From Cognatilysobacter bugurensis (lineage in GTDB: Bacteria > Pseudomonadota > Gammaproteobacteria > Xanthomonadales > Xanthomonadaceae), in the NCBI RefSeq assembly GCF_014652095.1, contig NZ_BMYD01000001.1:268633-300632 (forward strand): DNA of 32,000 nucleotides, written 5' to 3'. Below the pieces are notes generated by a model. It did not search any database, was not told where the DNA came from, and was given only the letters and a program-made list of their open reading frames with translations. This document shows positions 27,852 to 32,000 of the stretch, piece after piece. The first letter of the stretch is position 1; each line of letters starts with the position of its first letter. Both the position numbers and the translations under genes were made by a program.

Positions 27852-27890
27852 ACGCAGCGGCGGGCTTCGGCTCGCCGCTGCGTTATTCTG
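27852..27890 (+). terminator. rho-independent terminator after the TonB-dependent receptor gene
   Basis: Perfect 11-bp stem acgcagcggcg/cgccgctgcgt. It extends inward by a G-U pair and two G-C pairs to a ttcg tetraloop, and is followed by tattctg. Confidence 0.65.
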
Positions 27891-27968
27891 CGGGCGATCG
27901 GCTCCGGACGGGCGGCACACTGATCCACCGGCATCGAGGGGGCGCGGCGACGGCCGCGGCGTGACGGG

Positions 27969-30900
27969 ATGATCTGGGGCGGATCGGTGCTGAGCGTCGG
28001 GGTCGTGGTGCTGGCCGCGCTGGCGTGGCTGGGCGTGCTGTTCGCCGTCGCGCTCCATGCCGAGCGTCGTCCGCGGCTGCTCGCGCCGCACTGGCCGCTC
28101 GTCTACGCGCTCTCGCTCGCGGTCTACTGCACGTCGTGGACGTTCTACGGCACGGTGACGCAGGCCGCGCGCTACGGCTGGCCGCTGCCGCCGACGTTCG
28201 TGGGCACCATTCTTCTCTACGTATTCGCCGCGGCCGCGATGACGCGGCTCGTGCGGCTTGCGCGCGACTCGGGCGCAACCTCGCTCGCCGATCTCATCGC
28301 CACGCGGCTCGGCAAGGACACGCGCATCGCGGCGACGGTCACGGCGGTTGCTGCGCTCGGCCTGGTGCCGTACATCGCACTGCAGCTGAAGGCGGTCGCG
28401 ATGAGCTACGCGATGCTGACAGGCACGTCGCCGGCCGTCGCACCCGAGCCCTGGCGCGACGGCGCGTTGTACGTCGCGCTGACGATGGCATCGTTCGCGA
28501 TGCTGTTCGGCACACGGCGCGTGAGCGCGGCCGAGCACAACCGCGGGCTCGTGCTCGCCGTCGCGTTCGAGTCGGTGTTCAAGCTCGTCGCAATGCTCTC
28601 GATCGGTGCGTTCGTCGTGTTCGGCATCGACCTGCCGCCGGAAGCGACACGTGCGGCTGCGGCCGAGCGCCCGGACGCGGACGGTTTCATGCCGCTCGTG
28701 CTGCTCGGCGTGCTTGCGATGTTCACGCTGCCGCACCAGTTCCACGTCGGCGTCGTCGAGTGCCGCGACGAATCGCACCTGCGCACCGCGCGCTGGCTGT
28801 TCCCGCTGTACCTGCTGCTCATCGCGCTGCCGCTGCTGCCGCTCGCGCATGCGGGCGACGCGCTGCTCGCCGGCACCGGCCTGTCGCCGGACCTGTACGT
28901 GCTCGCGCTTCCGCTCTCGCAGGGCCACGAGGCGCTCGCGCTGTTCGGCTTCCTCGGCGGACTCAGCGCCGCGACCGGCATGGTCGTGGTGAGCACGCTC
29001 ACGCTGAGTCTGATGATCGGCAACCACTGGTTGGCGCCGGGTCTGCTGCGCGGTGCATGGTCCACGCCCGGAGGTGACCTGCGTGCCAGTGTGCTGCGTC
29101 TGCGTCGCGTCGGCATCGTCGCGATCATGCTTTGCGCCTGGGCCTATCACCGGCTCATCGGCGACAACGCGGCGCTCGCCGACGTGGGTGCCGTGTCGTT
29201 CTCCGCACTCGCGACGCTCGCGCCTGCGCTCGGCTTCGCGGTGTGGCGGCCGCAGACGCCACCGCGCGCGGTCGTCGCAGGCATTGCAGCGGGATTCGCG
29301 ATCTGGTGCTGGGCGCTGCTGCTGCCGCTGATGGCACAGGCACAGGGCGCGTCGCCGGCGTGGCTGGCGCGCGGCTTTTTCGGCATCGACTGGCTTGCGC
29401 CTGACGCGCTCTTTGGGCTCACCGGATGGAGCAGGCTCGGCCGCGCGGTCGGCGCAAGCCTGTGCGTCGGCACCGCAGTGACCTTCGCGATCGCCGCCCG
29501 GGGACATGGCCCCCGACCGGAGGAGCGCGGATTCGATGAGCGCACGCTGCGCAACGCGGGCCGGCGCTTCATCACCGAGGCGCGGCTCGACGAATTGCTC
29601 CGCGACGCGCCGACTCACGGCGCCGTTCCGGCCGCGATGCAAACGCGCGTGGAGCAGGAGCTCGCGACCGTGCTCGGCAGCGCATCGGCGCGGCTGCTGC
29701 TCGATGCCGCTCACCGGCAGGCGGGCGCCGACTTCGATACCGTCGCCGCGATCGTCGGCGAGGCCTCGCAGGCGTTGCGATTCAACCAGCGCGTGCTCGA
29801 AGCCGCGCTCGAAAACATGACGCAGGGCATCAGCGTCGTCGATGCGCATCTGAGGCTCGTCGCGTGGAACCGGCGTTACGTCGAGTTGTTCGGCTTTCCG
29901 GACGAGCTCGTGCGCGTGGGGCAGCCGATCGCCGTGCTTTCGACCTGGGCGCTCGAGCGCGTGTCGCACCAGGGCAGCGCGGGCGATGCGCTCGAGCGGC
30001 GGCTCGCGCACATGCGTGCGGGCACCGAGCACTTGTCCGAGCGCGTGTTTCCCGATGGCAGCATCGTCGAGATCCGCGGCAACCCAATGCCCGGTGGTGG
30101 ATTCGTCGCGACGTTTACCGACGTCACCGCATTCCGTCGCACCGAGGCCGCGCTGATCATGGCGAACGAAACACTCGAGCAGCGCGTCGCCGAGCGCACG
30201 GCACTGCTCGAAAGCGCGAAGCGCGAGGCCGAGCGCGCGAACGATGCGAAGAGCCGATTTCTTGCGGCGATCGGCCACGACCTGCTGCAGCCGCTGCATG
30301 CCGCACATCTGTTCACCGACGCGCTCGCGCAGCAGCTCACCGTCGCCGCGCAGCGCGACCTGGCCGCGCAGACTCGCGGCGCCCTGGAGTCGACGACGAG
30401 CCTGCTCGGCGGGCTGCTCGACATGTCACGCCTCGAAGCGGGCGGCCTCGCGCCGCAGCCGCGTGACTTCCCGCTTGCCGAAGTGCTCGATCCGCTCGCG
30501 TCCGAGTTCCGCGCACTTGCGGCAGAGCGTGGGCTGGAGTTCCGCTGCATGCCGACGCGCGCGTGGGTTCACAGCGATCCGCAGTTGCTGCGCCGGGTGC
30601 TGCAGAACTTCCTGGCGAACGCGGTGCGCTACACCGACCGCGGCCGCATTGTGCTCGGGGTGCGGCGCATGGCGCGTTCGGTGCGCATCGAGGTGCACGA
30701 CACCGGCCCCGGCATCGCGCTGGAGCAGCAACGTGTGATCTTCGAGGAATTCCGCCGCGGCGAAGGTGCGGGCGGGCAGGGGCTCGGCCTCGGGCTCGCA
30801 ATCGCAGACCGCATGGCGCAGCTGTTGCACGCGCCGTTGTCCTTGCGCAGTAAGCCCGGCCGCGGCACCGCGTTCGCGATCGAAGTGCGATGCGCACGTG

Positions 30901-31361
30901 CGCAGGCACGTGTCGCGCTGCCCCAAGCCGACACCCGCGTCCGCCTGCCGGGCACGCGCGTGCTGATCCTCGACAACGAGCCCGTTGCATTGTCGGCTCT
31001 GCAGCACCTGCTCATCGGATGGGGCTGTCGGGTGAGCGCCGTGCGCAACCGAGCCGAAGCTCGCGCCGCGCTCGCGCACGAGGCCGCCGACGTGTGGCTG
31101 TTCGACTACCACCTCGACGACGATGACACCGGCCAGGCCGTATGCGCGGCGCTCGGCGAGGAATTCGGCGTGCGGCCCGCCGTCATCCTCAGCGCCGATC
31201 ACACCCCCGAGGTGCGTCGTGCCGTGCACGAGGCGGGCCTGCCGCTGCTCACCAAGCCGCTCAAGCCGCTGGCGCTGAAGTCGGTACTCGACCGCGTGCT
31301 AGCAGCGCGCACGGTGCAGGCTATTCCTGCGATGGCAAACGCCGAGCTCGGCGACGCGTAG
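27969..31361 (+). CDS. hybrid sensor histidine kinase with N-terminal SLC5/sodium-solute-symporter-like domain (CrbS/MxtR/CbrA-like)
   Basis: ORF of 1130 aa. The N-terminus is polytopic with SSF-sensor signatures (YCTSWTFYGTVTQAARYGW, SLADLIATRLGKD, PYIALQLKAVAMSY). PAS domain: LENMTQGISVVDAHLRLVAWNRRYVELFGFP. H-box: SRFLAAIGHDLLQPL (His codon 30276-30278). HATPase: GLGLGLAIADRMAQLL...GRGTAF. C-terminal receiver: RVLILDNEP...VWLFDYHLDD...TKPLK. Confidence 0.88.
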   Translation: MIWGGSVLSVGVVVLAALAWLGVLFAVALHAERRPRLLAPHWPLVYALSLAVYCTSWTFYGTVTQAARYGWPLPPTFVGTILLYVFAAAAMTRLVRLARDSGATSLADLIATRLGKDTRIAATVTAVAALGLVPYIALQLKAVAMSYAMLTGTSPAVAPEPWRDGALYVALTMASFAMLFGTRRVSAAEHNRGLVLAVAFESVFKLVAMLSIGAFVVFGIDLPPEATRAAAAERPDADGFMPLVLLGVLAMFTLPHQFHVGVVECRDESHLRTARWLFPLYLLLIALPLLPLAHAGDALLAGTGLSPDLYVLALPLSQGHEALALFGFLGGLSAATGMVVVSTLTLSLMIGNHWLAPGLLRGAWSTPGGDLRASVLRLRRVGIVAIMLCAWAYHRLIGDNAALADVGAVSFSALATLAPALGFAVWRPQTPPRAVVAGIAAGFAIWCWALLLPLMAQAQGASPAWLARGFFGIDWLAPDALFGLTGWSRLGRAVGASLCVGTAVTFAIAARGHGPRPEERGFDERTLRNAGRRFITEARLDELLRDAPTHGAVPAAMQTRVEQELATVLGSASARLLLDAAHRQAGADFDTVAAIVGEASQALRFNQRVLEAALENMTQGISVVDAHLRLVAWNRRYVELFGFPDELVRVGQPIAVLSTWALERVSHQGSAGDALERRLAHMRAGTEHLSERVFPDGSIVEIRGNPMPGGGFVATFTDVTAFRRTEAALIMANETLEQRVAERTALLESAKREAERANDAKSRFLAAIGHDLLQPLHAAHLFTDALAQQLTVAAQRDLAAQTRGALESTTSLLGGLLDMSRLEAGGLAPQPRDFPLAEVLDPLASEFRALAAERGLEFRCMPTRAWVHSDPQLLRRVLQNFLANAVRYTDRGRIVLGVRRMARSVRIEVHDTGPGIALEQQRVIFEEFRRGEGAGGQGLGLGLAIADRMAQLLHAPLSLRSKPGRGTAFAIEVRCARAQARVALPQADTRVRLPGTRVLILDNEPVALSALQHLLIGWGCRVSAVRNRAEARAALAHEAADVWLFDYHLDDDDTGQAVCAALGEEFGVRPAVILSADHTPEVRRAVHEAGLPLLTKPLKPLALKSVLDRVLAARTVQAIPAMANAELGDA

Positions 31362-31801
31362 CCCCACGCCAACCTCTGGGCCGATTAGCCCAAGTCGGCA
31401 AGGCTCGCAGCGTGTCGCCTCAAGTGCATTCGTCTGGGTAGCTGCGCCCAAGCGAACTACACCGTCACCCTGACTCCTGCTGATCCCTGACAGCGAGAAT
31501 GCGCCGAAATGCCGGTCGCTGCGTCGCTGCCATTCCGTTGTAGGCCTAGCAGGCGAAGCGCACTGCGCCGCTCCATCCGGCGGGTGCGCGGCGTCGAGAT
31601 CGCGCCACAGCGTGTGGCTATCCGGCTGCCTCTTTGTGGCGTTCCGAGTCAGCGAAGCGCACGCGGTCGGGCATGCACCGTCAAGCCGGAGTTGCCGCAC
31701 CTGTCGGGGCTGCCGAGACCCGCGGCGTCCGCCATCCCGGTCGTGTTCACGCCGGAAATGGAAGCGCAACTCGGCTACTTCCGAGCCGCCTGCGGCCGCC
31801 C

Positions 31802-32000
31802 TCAGGCCTCGATCTGCCGCGACGGGTCGCTGAGTTCGAGTTCGCGCAGCACCACGCCCGCCTGCGTGCGGTTGCGCACGCCAAGCCGCTCGAAGATCGC
31901 AGTGAGATGCGCCTTGACCGTGCGTTCCTGCACATCGAGCCGATCGGCAATCTGCTTGTTGAGCAGACCCTGCGCGACAAGCACGAGCACGCGGAACTGC
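31802..32000 (-). CDS. LuxR/FixJ-family response regulator, C-terminal HTH part (5' end outside window)
   Basis: The reading frame continues to the window edge: ...FRVLVLVAQGLLNKQIADRLDVQERTVKAHLTAIFERLGVRNRTQAGV... This is a classic GerE/LuxR HTH. It is convergent with the hybrid kinase. Confidence 0.8.
   Translation of the reverse strand, partial: QFRVLVLVAQGLLNKQIADRLDVQERTVKAHLTAIFERLGVRNRTQAGVVLRELELSDPSRQIEA

Noticed and set aside
31299-31769. 156-aa minus-strand ORF, and a 73-aa plus-strand ORF (31612..31833), in the kinase/regulator spacer
   Set aside because: The first overlaps the kinase 3' end. Both translate to low-complexity Arg-rich sequence with no RBS or recognisable motif, so they are likely non-coding.

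Overview
High-GC (about 68-70% by eye) proteobacterial chromosome segment. Most of it is housekeeping. The left part (1-14.3 kb) carries an ECF sigma factor with a possible anti-sigma gene, a GAF-GGDEF-EAL c-di-GMP protein, two aldehyde dehydrogenases, xseA, ispG, a PAP2 phosphatase, an EamA transporter and a DUF4190-like/pyrD/murB gene string. The right part (23.9-32 kb) carries a GntP-type permease, a TonB-dependent receptor, and an SLC5-domain hybrid sensor kinase (CrbS/MxtR-like) convergent with a LuxR-type regulator. Between tRNA-Arg(CCT) (14389-14465) and the permease lies a roughly 9.4 kb accessory block, all on the + strand. It reads vgrG, then an uncharacterised 542-aa helical-repeat protein, then a 42-aa single-pass membrane micro-ORF absent from the ORF track, then a 1558-aa PAAR-like Rhs toxin with an HNH/EndoVII-like C-terminal domain, then a SUKH/SMI1-KNR4 immunity protein. 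No T6SS core genes, integrase, transposase, CRISPR array or rRNA were seen. The best candidate for something undescribed is the 542-aa protein plus the translationally coupled 42-aa membrane peptide. They sit where T6SS adaptors or chaperones normally sit, but I did not recognise the known adaptor families in them. Many long ORFs in the track are antisense shadow ORFs typical of high-GC DNA and were discarded.
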